A stretch of 32,210 nucleotides of DNA, from the NCBI GenBank assembly GCA_016839445.1, contig JAEOUG010000145.1, positions 1-32,210 on the forward strand. Direction: 5' to 3'. Source of the stretch: Candidatus Thorarchaeota archaeon (GTDB lineage: Archaea > Asgardarchaeota > Thorarchaeia > Thorarchaeales > Thorarchaeaceae). The number at the start of each line of letters is the position of its first letter. The first letter of the stretch is position 1. Positions 16,739 through 24,875 of this stretch are shown piece after piece. The translations under genes and the position numbers were made by a program. Below the pieces are notes generated by a model, which saw nothing but the letters and a program-made list of their open reading frames with translations, was not told where the DNA came from and searched no databases.

Positions 16739-18289
16739 TCACTGAACCTCTGGGCGCGCTTCTGTAGTGTCACTGCTAGATTCGGCTCTGCTCTTCTTTG
16801 GTCTTCCTCTTCTTCTCTTGACGATCTTCCTTGTGGTCTCTACTGGCACTTGGAAGGTATGCCTTAATCCGTCCACAGTTGAGATGTTCTTGACATTCCG
16901 CCGAGTTTCAGCGGCAATGGCCTCCAGCACAACACGCTCATCTACTTCTCCGGTTTCTTTGACCAGTGACAGCCGATGAAGTGCGAAGATGCCGATTATC
17001 GCAGAAATCAGGAATAGGAAATCAAGGCCACCCACGTGATATGTGTGAATAACGATAGCTCCGCCCGGGTCGGTGAAGGTTATCGAGAAGAAGAGCTCCC
17101 TATTGGCGAAGAAGTCTGACAGGACACCCCCGAGTATTGGCGCGATGGCTCCTGCAACGGCCATGACAGTGCCTCTGGCTGCAAGATAGGCGGCGGATTC
17201 TCCTCTTGGCGCAAGTTTGAGGCCGATAGTGCCCGATGTCAGATTCACGCCTGCAGCTGAGAAACCCGTCAAGAGGTGCACAAAGACAAGAAGGGGAATC
17301 AGGAGGGACAAGCCTGCGGCTACTCGTGAGAATGTCCAGAGAAATGTGCCCACTAGGAAGAGCGGCACTGCTACTCTCAGTATTGTCTTGTTGCTGAATC
17401 GGTCAGTGTACCTGCCCCAGAATCTATAGAACATGATACTCACAAGCTGCGTCAGCGCAGTCAGGACTGTGGCTAGCGGCATTCCTAGGCTCAGGTAGTC
17501 TTCAGAGAGAAGGTACACGGCGAAGAAGGGTGCGGCGAGGCCTGTGCTGAACGACCACGCAGCGGAGAACCATAGGAGGTTCCTGAAGTTGGAGTCCTCA
17601 AAAGGACGTGCCACCAAGTCGGAGAACCTCGTAGACTTCTGAGATACGATGGTTGGTGGCTCCGGTGTTGACACGGTGTAGAAGATTGCGGACATCCCGG
17701 CGAGAAATGCTATGAAGAACAGGAAGGAGTACGCCCTAAGTTGTATGAAGAGGCTACTGCTGCTCCATATTCCGACGAACGCACCCCCCACAAGAGAGGC
17801 AACCACCGCCACAATGCCACTGAGAGCCATCCGCTTCGAGAAGAAGCGCCCGAGCTCTTCTACAGGCACTAAGTCACGTAGCCATGAGTTCCAGCTGGGT
17901 GAACCCAAGGCTGTAAAGAGAGCCTGAACTGCCACGACTCCGACGAGTAAGATTAGGCCAGACTCGCCAGTGGATAGGATGGGGATTGCCACCATTGTCA
18001 GGATTGCTAACCTGTTACCAATCTGAGTAATGAGGTTGAGCCGTCGCCTACTACCGACCTTTGTGATCAGATAGACTGCTGGAATCTGAAGTAGCTGTGC
18101 CATCGAAGGGATGGCTGCAAGGATACCTATGACAGTGTTTGGAGCTCCCAAGAGGAGGGCGAATCCGACAAGGAAGATACTCTCTGTGAAGGTCAACTTG
18201 ACCTGAACGGTGATCCCTTGCTTCATCATGTTGCTCAGGGCTTTTTCCGTTTCTTCCTTGGTGAGCGATTCACTGTCTGTGTGAGTCAA
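16739..18289 (-). CDS. MFS transporter
   Basis: 516 aa, 12+ TM segments, WNSWLRDLVP..ELGRFF, WGRYTDRFSNK. Confidence 0.9.
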   Translation of the reverse strand: MTHTDSESLTKEETEKALSNMMKQGITVQVKLTFTESIFLVGFALLLGAPNTVIGILAAIPSMAQLLQIPAVYLITKVGSRRRLNLITQIGNRLAILTMVAIPILSTGESGLILLVGVVAVQALFTALGSPSWNSWLRDLVPVEELGRFFSKRMALSGIVAVVASLVGGAFVGIWSSSSLFIQLRAYSFLFFIAFLAGMSAIFYTVSTPEPPTIVSQKSTRFSDLVARPFEDSNFRNLLWFSAAWSFSTGLAAPFFAVYLLSEDYLSLGMPLATVLTALTQLVSIMFYRFWGRYTDRFSNKTILRVAVPLFLVGTFLWTFSRVAAGLSLLIPLLVFVHLLTGFSAAGVNLTSGTIGLKLAPRGESAAYLAARGTVMAVAGAIAPILGGVLSDFFANRELFFSITFTDPGGAIVIHTYHVGGLDFLFLISAIIGIFALHRLSLVKETGEVDERVVLEAIAAETRRNVKNISTVDGLRHTFQVPVETTRKIVKRRRGRPKKSRAESSSDTTEARPEVQ

Positions 18290-18393
18290 GTGGGTTCATG
18301 CCATCCTGAATTCAAGTACCTAATGAAGCTTGCATTGCTGCATGCAGGAAGAGCTCGTCGAACTCCTCCATCGTTCGCGTGGTATCAGTTCGC

Positions 18394-18999
18394 CTACACG
18401 AGCTCGCCCTTTGCTGCACCTATGATGCGGACTGAACCTAGAATCAGGAAGACTGCTCCAAGGACCAACCTCAGAGTCAGGAATCCTAGGCCTGAGAACA
18501 CTGCTGCGAAGAACCCAAAGAGAAAGACTAAGCCGCCACCTGCGACATAGAGGGCTCTAAGCCAGTATGAAATGCTCTTCTCGCTGTATCCTACGACCAT
18601 CCTTGAGAGTCCGACTAGCATAATCGCGAAAGTCAGCATGGTGACCAAGAATGTGATAGCTAGGTCTCTGAACACTATGGCGACCGCAGAGAGGAGAATC
18701 GCTACGAGTCCACTGATGATCTTCATAGCTCGGGACTGGGTAGTCAGCGCATCTGTAGATACGCTCTTGAATACGCGCGCTAGACCAATGAAGACCAGGC
18801 CAATCGCCATGCTGAAGACCAGAGTCGCTTCTGCCAAGGTTGGGCTCAGTGTGATCCACATTCCCACAATAATAGTGACAATGCCAATTGCTATGTCTGC
18901 CGCTCTGACCCATGGTTTCTGCGCTTCGAGAGTCATGTCCAACATACTGGCTGCATGGTCTATTTGTGTTTCCATGGATTCTACTTGGTCCTTGTACAC
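18394..18999 (-). CDS. HdeD/DUF308-like membrane protein
   Basis: 201 aa, six TM helices in three repeated hairpins (IGIVTIIVG / SGLVAILLS / GGGLVFLFG). Confidence 0.7.
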   Translation of the reverse strand: MYKDQVESMETQIDHAASMLDMTLEAQKPWVRAADIAIGIVTIIVGMWITLSPTLAEATLVFSMAIGLVFIGLARVFKSVSTDALTTQSRAMKIISGLVAILLSAVAIVFRDLAITFLVTMLTFAIMLVGLSRMVVGYSEKSISYWLRALYVAGGGLVFLFGFFAAVFSGLGFLTLRLVLGAVFLILGSVRIIGAAKGELV

Positions 19000-19023
19000 A
19001 ATCTGACTAGAGCGGGCGAAGTC

Positions 19024-19260
19024 TCACTCCTTGGAGATGTTCTTTGCTGTCAGGATGTTAGTCCCACCAAGCTGGTCGTACTCGACCACCACCCGGTTTC
19101 CTCTCTCAATGGTTTCGTAGTTCGTGCTCATGTCAACTTTCAGCTTCACGTGGTTCTGATCCGGGGTCTGCACAGTAATGTATCCATACTCCTTGTCCGT
19201 TGTTGGAAGTCTGGCAGTCTGTGATGCGACTATCTCTCCGGAAATGGTCTTCTTCGACAT
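19024..19260 (-). CDS. Small hypothetical protein, possibly OB-fold
   Basis: 78 aa, beta-rich (ISGEIV, YITVQT, RGNRVVVEY); RBS AGGTGA upstream of ATG. Confidence 0.7.
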   Translation of the reverse strand: MSKKTISGEIVASQTARLPTTDKEYGYITVQTPDQNHVKLKVDMSTNYETIERGNRVVVEYDQLGGTNILTAKNISKE

Positions 19261-19400
19261 ATTCTCACCTACTGTCTACCTATTCCGAGAACCTTTCGCA
19301 TATGAGATTTTCGAATCGAATAGAGCTTTTTTCACCATTTTTGGTTCTATTGTAGCTATATAAGGCAAAATCGAGATTATGATACCTTCAGTATCCTGAG

Positions 19401-19455
19401 CTTTATAAGGGTCGATTCATACATCTAGTCTGAAGGGTCGTCATACTAGATGTAT
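19401..19455 (+). promoter_or_regulatory. TATA box and long inverted repeat upstream of ssb-tfb
   Basis: CTTTATAA at 19401-19408; ATACATCTAGTCTGA (19419-19433) / TCATACTAGATGTAT (19441-19455), 14 of 15 complementary. Confidence 0.65.
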
Positions 19456-19529
19456 CACTTGTTAGATGCTAGAAGCCTCATTGTAGATGTGCAGTTTGGA
19501 CGTCCCTCAGTATAGTTGGCGTGATTTGA

Positions 19530-20063
19530 ATGACTTCTGAAGTAGAGAACGAAAGCGAGAAGATTGAAGATACTCCGAAGACAGATATTGCGAACCTCGA
19601 GCCCAGGATGAAATCGGTCAATGTGACCTTCAAGGTGATTGGCAAGAGCGATGTTCGAGAGGTGTCATCCAGACGCGATGGCGACCTTCACCGCATAGTG
19701 GACGCAACGGTTGGCGACAAGACTGGCACGGTCCTAGTTCCACTCTGGGACGGCAGCATTGAAGCCGTCGAAACCGGAAAGACCTACACACTTGAAAATG
19801 GTTACACAGGTCTCTTCCGAGGGAACCTCCAATTGAAGATAGGTAGACATAGTGAACTCAAGGACTCCAAAGAAGAGATCGATGACGTGAACCTCGAGAT
19901 TGACATGTCCGCCAAGGACCACCGCCCAGAACGATCACAGCACTACTATAGGCCCAGAGGAGGCTCGGGTTATCGGGGTCAGTCATACGGTGGCGGATAC
20001 AGCGGCGGAGATGGTGATAGGCGTAGTCGTGGTCGCAGAGACAGAAGAACACGTAGTTGGTAG
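19530..20063 (+). CDS. ssb: Single OB-fold ssDNA-binding protein (crenarchaeal SSB-like) with Gly/Arg-rich tail
   Basis: IANLEP.MKSVNVTFKVI, VGDKTGTV.V.LWD, LENGYT.LFRGNLQLKIGR; disordered G/R/Y/S tail. Confidence 0.85.
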   Translation: MTSEVENESEKIEDTPKTDIANLEPRMKSVNVTFKVIGKSDVREVSSRRDGDLHRIVDATVGDKTGTVLVPLWDGSIEAVETGKTYTLENGYTGLFRGNLQLKIGRHSELKDSKEEIDDVNLEIDMSAKDHRPERSQHYYRPRGGSGYRGQSYGGGYSGGDGDRRSRGRRDRRTRSW

Positions 20064-20075
20064 TGATCAGTTTCC

Positions 20076-21032
20076 ATGGTATCTACTGGGAATAAGAGTA
20101 GACCTGCCCAGTCCGGACGAAAATCCAAATTCATCACATGTCCGGAGTGTGGCGGACGCAAGATAGCAAGAATCCCAAGAAGTGGTGAGTCTGTCTGTGC
20201 AAACTGCGGCTTGGTGATCTCGGAGCGCCGAATAGATACGGGTCCTGAATGGAGAGCGTTCACGGCTGATGAGAGAACGGCACGAACTCGCACGGGTGGA
20301 CCAGTGAAATACACTCATCATGACAAGGGCTTGGCCACTACGCTCGGCTGGCGAAACACAGACTCCTCTGGAAGGAAGCTCTCTTCCAGGCGACGTGCAG
20401 AGATAGCTCGACTGCGGAAGTGGCAGCTCAGGAGTCGTGTTCACAGCTCAGTGGACAGGAATCTCTCTCAGGCGCTATCTGAACTCGAGAGGCTCTCATC
20501 ACAACTTGAGCTGAAGCGCGGAGTCAAGGAACTTGCGGCCATGCTCTACAGAAAGGCCATTGTCAACAGGCTCATTCGCAGTAGGTCTATTGATGCACTT
20601 GTCGCCGCTGCAGTATACGCTGCTTGCAGGATTCGGCAGATTCCCCGGTCGCTGAAAGAGATTGCTGACCCCTCTCACATAGACTGGAAGAAAGTGGGCC
20701 GGCACTACAGATTGCTTGTCAGGAAGCTGAAGATCAAGATGCCTATTCCTGATCCTTCGAACTATGTTCCCAAGCTGATAACCGAGCTGGGATTGCCGGG
20801 TATCATGCAGGAAAAGGTTCTCGAAGTTCTCGATCGTGCAAAGGCTCATGGGGGGCTAATCATTGGTCGAGACCCCAGAGGACTGGCCGCGGGAGCAATT
20901 TACATTGCATCTATCCTCACAGACAATCGTGTCACCCAGAGGGAGATTGCGTCTGCAGCTGGTGTGACTGAGGTCACTGTCAGGAATCGATACAAGGATC
21001 TTGTAAGGAAACTAGAGCTATCTCTACCGTAG
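20076..21032 (+). CDS. tfb: Transcription initiation factor IIB (TFB)
   Basis: Zn ribbon CPECG...CANCG, B-reader GPEWRAFT, two cyclin repeats, TQREIA..AGVTEVTVRNRYK. Confidence 0.97.
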   Translation: MVSTGNKSRPAQSGRKSKFITCPECGGRKIARIPRSGESVCANCGLVISERRIDTGPEWRAFTADERTARTRTGGPVKYTHHDKGLATTLGWRNTDSSGRKLSSRRRAEIARLRKWQLRSRVHSSVDRNLSQALSELERLSSQLELKRGVKELAAMLYRKAIVNRLIRSRSIDALVAAAVYAACRIRQIPRSLKEIADPSHIDWKKVGRHYRLLVRKLKIKMPIPDPSNYVPKLITELGLPGIMQEKVLEVLDRAKAHGGLIIGRDPRGLAAGAIYIASILTDNRVTQREIASAAGVTEVTVRNRYKDLVRKLELSLP

Positions 21033-21057
21033 AAGAGACAATGGTGCCAGAAGCAAA

Positions 21058-22170
21058 CTAGTCCAGTTCAAGCTTGGTGTCTTCTAGCCAAGTCATACGT
21101 GGATCGACTGGATGTGTGAAGATCCGGCCGACTCTTTCCGGATCCTTCGCCTGATGATACTTGAAAACGAACACTCCATCATGTATGCCCAGTATCTCGA
21201 TTTTCCCGGTGGGATGTGACATGATGAAGCGGAATCTCTTACCATGACCGTCGAGATTCCTGTCCACACCCTCAATGATCCTCACGCCATCAACAAGTGG
21301 AACCTGAAACTGGGCCTTCACTCGCTTTACGGGTCTGCACTGAAACACATAGTATGGCAGAACTCCAATAGTCAGCAGGCCTCTCAACAGTTCAGTCATT
21401 TCCTCGAGCGAGTCATTTACTCCCTTGAGCAACACAGTCTGATTGCCGACAATGATGCCTGCCTTCTGAAGCCTTTCCACTGCCGCCCTTGATTTCTTTG
21501 AGATCTCTCTACGGTGGTTGAATTGTGTGACAACATAGATCCGTACTTTGCTGGATGAGTATTCTCTTAGCATTTCAACGAGGTTCTCATCCATGAGAAT
21601 CCGATCCGGAAACGTGACTGGCACGCGGGTTCCGAATCTAATGAAGTCCAGATGTGGGATTACTGACAGTGGGTGCAGGATGCTCTCCAGCTCTGAGTTG
21701 GAGAGGACAAAGGGGTCTCCTCCCGTTACGAGTACATTGTTTATCTCGGAGTGGCCTTCAATGTAGTTCGCAACTTCTCGGATGTCCTGAAGGACCTCGT
21801 CCGTTTCTACTCCCACAAGTCTCTTTCTGAAACAGTGTCGGCAGTATGTTGCACACTCATTCGTTGAGAGAATGACTGCAGTCTGTCTGTATTTGTGTTG
21901 TAGACCTGGCATGACGGTGTTCGAGCGCTCTCCACTCGTATCATAGGTGCCCTTTGGGGACTTCTCGCTTGGATTTGGCACCGCCAGTTTTCTAATAGGG
22001 TCCTTTCTGCTCGACCGTTCAATGAGTGACATATAGTACTGCGAAACACGAACTGGGTGTTTCTTGCATATCTCCTCGAGCGCATGCTTCTCTGTTTCAT
22101 CTACGTCTAGGAATGAGGAAAGACCCTCCACTGACGTAACGCAATCATCTAGGAGAGATTCCCATCTCAT
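21058..22170 (-). CDS. kamA: KamA family radical SAM protein (lysine 2,3-aminomutase-like)
   Basis: GLQHKY, CATYCRHCFRKR (CxxxCxxC), VTGGDP, RFGTRVPV..P.RI, NQTVLLKGVND, PYYVFQC; substrate not certain. Confidence 0.88.
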   Translation of the reverse strand: MRWESLLDDCVTSVEGLSSFLDVDETEKHALEEICKKHPVRVSQYYMSLIERSSRKDPIRKLAVPNPSEKSPKGTYDTSGERSNTVMPGLQHKYRQTAVILSTNECATYCRHCFRKRLVGVETDEVLQDIREVANYIEGHSEINNVLVTGGDPFVLSNSELESILHPLSVIPHLDFIRFGTRVPVTFPDRILMDENLVEMLREYSSSKVRIYVVTQFNHRREISKKSRAAVERLQKAGIIVGNQTVLLKGVNDSLEEMTELLRGLLTIGVLPYYVFQCRPVKRVKAQFQVPLVDGVRIIEGVDRNLDGHGKRFRFIMSHPTGKIEILGIHDGVFVFKYHQAKDPERVGRIFTHPVDPRMTWLEDTKLELD

Positions 22171-22179
22171 GGTTTCACT

Positions 22180-22353
22180 CTACTCATTGCTTGGTTGAGC
22201 AGGAGGATCACTTGTCATTCGAGCTATGATTGCCATCTTCCTGTCCAGCTCAGGCCAGTCTGCCAACCTTCTTCTCTCTCTCAGTCTATCCTTTTCATTC
22301 TCTGTCCAATTGGTAATTGGCGGTTCGTCTGTTAGTTCTGTTCTCTTCTGCAT
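22180..22353 (-). CDS. Small hypothetical protein directly upstream of kamA
   Basis: 57 aa from ATG 22353 (MQKRTELT...), preceded by RBS AGGTGAT; stops 9 nt before the kamA ATG. Confidence 0.5.
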   Translation of the reverse strand: MQKRTELTDEPPITNWTENEKDRLRERRRLADWPELDRKMAIIARMTSDPPAQPSNE

Positions 22354-22570
22354 GATTATCACCTGACAATGCGGCCACGGCGCACCTGTGACACAATGAG
22401 GGCTTTTCTGCCGTTCCGCTGTCTGGCTGTTGCTTTGCCCGCTCTCGCCTGTAGGGTCGAGAATTGCCAGTGTCGTTCCCTTGAGCGGGTTAGTCCTTCC
22501 GTTGGATAGCTTCTATCTGGAGCCGATTCTTATTAGTCTTATCATTTTCTTTAAATAGGGTATGATGACT

Positions 22571-22601
22571 TAAAAGGACCCTAAATGACCAGAAGGGCCC
22601 T
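22571..22601 (-). terminator. Stem-loop plus T-run downstream of the GNAT gene
   Basis: Minus strand AGGGCCCT-N11-AGGGTCCT-TTT. Confidence 0.45.
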
Positions 22602-22636
22602 ATAAGGCCTTTTCATAACGACACACTCCGGGCCAA

Positions 22637-23428
22637 TCAGATCTCTGCTCGTACGAAGAAGATGGGTTCTACTGGGGAGTAGCTGAAGCCCATCCTTTCG
22701 TAGAGTTTCTGAGCTGCGAGATTGTTTGCGAAATAGTGAAGGATGGCAAGGTCCGAACGTTGCAGTATGTCTTCTGCTACGGCCTTGATGCATGCCTCTG
22801 CGTATCCCTTTCTTCTGTGGTCTGGATGAGTTGCCACGTTCCCAATCTCTGAACCGTAGTGTGTCATGTAGTGGACGCCAGCCACACTCACTATCCCGTA
22901 GTCCTCAGTGATGATTCCATAGAAGGGTCCGAGTTCGAGAGCGGTCGGCGTCCATGCTGGCGTACCACAGACTCTGTAAAGCTCCTTGAGTTCTTCTGAA
23001 TCATCCTGGGTCATTCTCACCGGCTCCGACTTACACTCGCACCGGAGTTCCGTTTCAAAATCAGCGTACATTTGCTTCTCCAACGTCGGGTCTACTTCCT
23101 TACACAGTGATTGAAGCTGCTCTAGCTGTTCCTGCGTGCAGATGGCAACGAAGCCCGACATCGAGAGCCTATCTCTGAACTCGTCCATCAGACGCTTCAG
23201 GTATGAGGTGTTCTCACTCCAGAATGCAGTAGCAACGAAGTCCAGGTCGCTGTAGAGGGAGAATACTGCCCGAATCCTGCCGTTGTCTCTGAGGACTTTC
23301 ACATCGCACCACTCGAGCAGCTGCGTGCAGTCAGCAATCAGAGTTATGTTCTCCAGAGGCTTCTCTGCAAGCATACGAAGGACCTCCATGGAGTTCTGAT
23401 CAGTTAGGGGTTCGATTTCTATAGGCAA
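22637..23428 (-). CDS. GNAT family N-acetyltransferase (FR47-like C-terminal domain)
   Basis: IVSVAGVH, EIGNVATHPDHRRKGYA, NLAAQKLYERMGF. Confidence 0.9.
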   Translation of the reverse strand: MPIEIEPLTDQNSMEVLRMLAEKPLENITLIADCTQLLEWCDVKVLRDNGRIRAVFSLYSDLDFVATAFWSENTSYLKRLMDEFRDRLSMSGFVAICTQEQLEQLQSLCKEVDPTLEKQMYADFETELRCECKSEPVRMTQDDSEELKELYRVCGTPAWTPTALELGPFYGIITEDYGIVSVAGVHYMTHYGSEIGNVATHPDHRRKGYAEACIKAVAEDILQRSDLAILHYFANNLAAQKLYERMGFSYSPVEPIFFVRAEI

Positions 23429-23534
23429 ACTGGACCAACCCGAGAGAGACGAGAGCTGCTACCCGCGATTATGAACCTTCTCAAAGAACTCACAACACCT
23501 CTCCTTCTGATTGTCACCAGGCATGTGAGTGGAA

Positions 23535-23581
23535 CACAAAAGAAGAAGAAACCGTCCTGAGCCTGCCGGCCGAGGACGGTT
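23535..23581 (-). terminator. Stem-loop terminator of the acidic micro-gene
   Basis: Perfect 9-bp arms AACCGTCCT (23550-23558) / AGGACGGTT (23573-23581); followed on the minus strand by TCTTCTTCTTTTGT. Confidence 0.7.
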
Positions 23582-23607
23582 CAACTCATTGGCGACAAAC
23601 TGGGTAT

Positions 23608-23730
23608 CTACCAGTCTTCGTCGTCATCGTCGAAGTCTTCGTCGTCATCGTCATCCCAGTCGTCATCATCGAGATCTTCATCCCAGTCGTCATCATCTTC
23701 TGGGCCTGTGAAACGATAGCTGTACTTCAT
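23608..23730 (-). CDS. 40-aa Asp/Glu-rich micro-protein with DDDDW-type repeats (absent from the ORF track)
   Basis: Hand translation MKYSYRFTGPEDDDDWDEDLDDDDWDDDDDEDFDDDDEDW*; RBS AAGGTG 8 nt upstream of ATG; terminator 27 nt downstream. Confidence 0.75.
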   Translation of the reverse strand: MKYSYRFTGPEDDDDWDEDLDDDDWDDDDDEDFDDDDEDW

Positions 23731-23966
23731 GGTGATTACACCTTTTCCGTCCCTGCCTACCACAGAAACAGTTATGCGTGACTGGAACCGTCAACACATC
23801 TCATATTGCCTTTTCAGCAAACTTCGTTGTCCAAAACCCTCTGAAGACGGCAAATCGCGTTTTCGACGCCATTGATTGAACAAGTGGGTTTTCCATCTCC
23901 ACAAAGAAGAAATACAGACCTGTTACACACGCGACGTGGTGTCACCTTAGGGAACTTGTCTATGAT

Positions 23967-24803
23967 GTGCAGTCTATGAGCGGGATTGAGCCTCAGGACT
24001 CCTCTGCTGAGGAGCTCGTTCAGCAGGGTCGGCCAACTATCATTGTTCTACTTGAGCGTAGCGAGGGCCTGAGGGAGGCAGCGCGACTTCTCGCACAAAT
24101 CCAGGGGATGCAGAGAATTGCGAGAGGCGTATTTCAATACAACATGAGCTATACAAAACTTCGCACATCGAGGGATCTGCCCAAGCACGTGGCACTTCGG
24201 AAGACGCGTTCAATCCCTAGGGTGCGAGAGGCTGTGGGGGACGCCTCACCTGCCAGGACCTATGCGCTTGTCACATATCGATTCGAAAATCCCACCGCCA
24301 AACAGAAGAAGGTCGTTCAAAGACTCAGACGAAGAGCCCCGGCTGTCAGATTAAGACCCGGCGTACTTCTCTTCCCCCATATAAGGGCTGGAGAATCGAG
24401 GAAGCAGTTTGGAGTTGAGTCAGAGCGGCCACCCATAGGCTCACTCGACTTCACAAGGAGACTGTCCGAGCTTTGCGCGCAGGTTCACCGGCTGACAAAA
24501 CTCCGCCTGGCTAATCCGGGCGACACCATGTTCGTCAACGAAGCAATCGAGTCGACAATCGCGTCCGCCTCGGAAGCCATGGAAGAGAGGCTTAGAGTCC
24601 TGAGGGGGGCCACCAAGGATGAGGGCATTCCAACAAGGAAACTCAGGGAGCGGTATAAGGAGATCTCAAGAGACTTCAAGGATCTCAAGATGACGGCATC
24701 CGTCATCCGCCATGTTTGGGGATACGACTCAGGTAGTCGCTTGAGGCGTGTCTATGACCTCCTTCTCGGTACACGGAGGGCAATCTCCGACAGAGCGGCA
24801 TGA
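23967..24803 (+). CDS. Basic hypothetical protein, possible PaaX/Cas2-like ferredoxin-fold central domain
   Basis: 278 aa, Arg-rich; TYALVTYRF...KKVVQRLRRR..VRLRPGVLLFP weakly resembles that domain; the ORF is likely real, the domain call is weak. Confidence 0.55.
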   Translation: MQSMSGIEPQDSSAEELVQQGRPTIIVLLERSEGLREAARLLAQIQGMQRIARGVFQYNMSYTKLRTSRDLPKHVALRKTRSIPRVREAVGDASPARTYALVTYRFENPTAKQKKVVQRLRRRAPAVRLRPGVLLFPHIRAGESRKQFGVESERPPIGSLDFTRRLSELCAQVHRLTKLRLANPGDTMFVNEAIESTIASASEAMEERLRVLRGATKDEGIPTRKLRERYKEISRDFKDLKMTASVIRHVWGYDSGSRLRRVYDLLLGTRRAISDRAA

Positions 24804-24875
24804 CTCCCGGTATGATTGGTGCCCATCATGCGCTATTGGGTCGCCTTTTATTCAGAGTCCTGGTAGACACTTTCT

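Noticed and set aside
22354-22525. Firm call as a SAM-I or lysine riboswitch
   Set aside because: Only scattered motif fragments match and I could not build the canonical helices by eye; kept only as a candidate finding.
23529-23711. 60-aa Arg/His-repeat ORF on the + strand
   Set aside because: It is the antisense shadow of the Asp-rich micro-gene; the RBS and terminator support the minus strand.
23967-24803. Cas2 or CRISPR-associated gene
   Set aside because: The resemblance is faint, the catalytic Asp after the first strand is absent (VTYRF), and there is no array or other cas gene.
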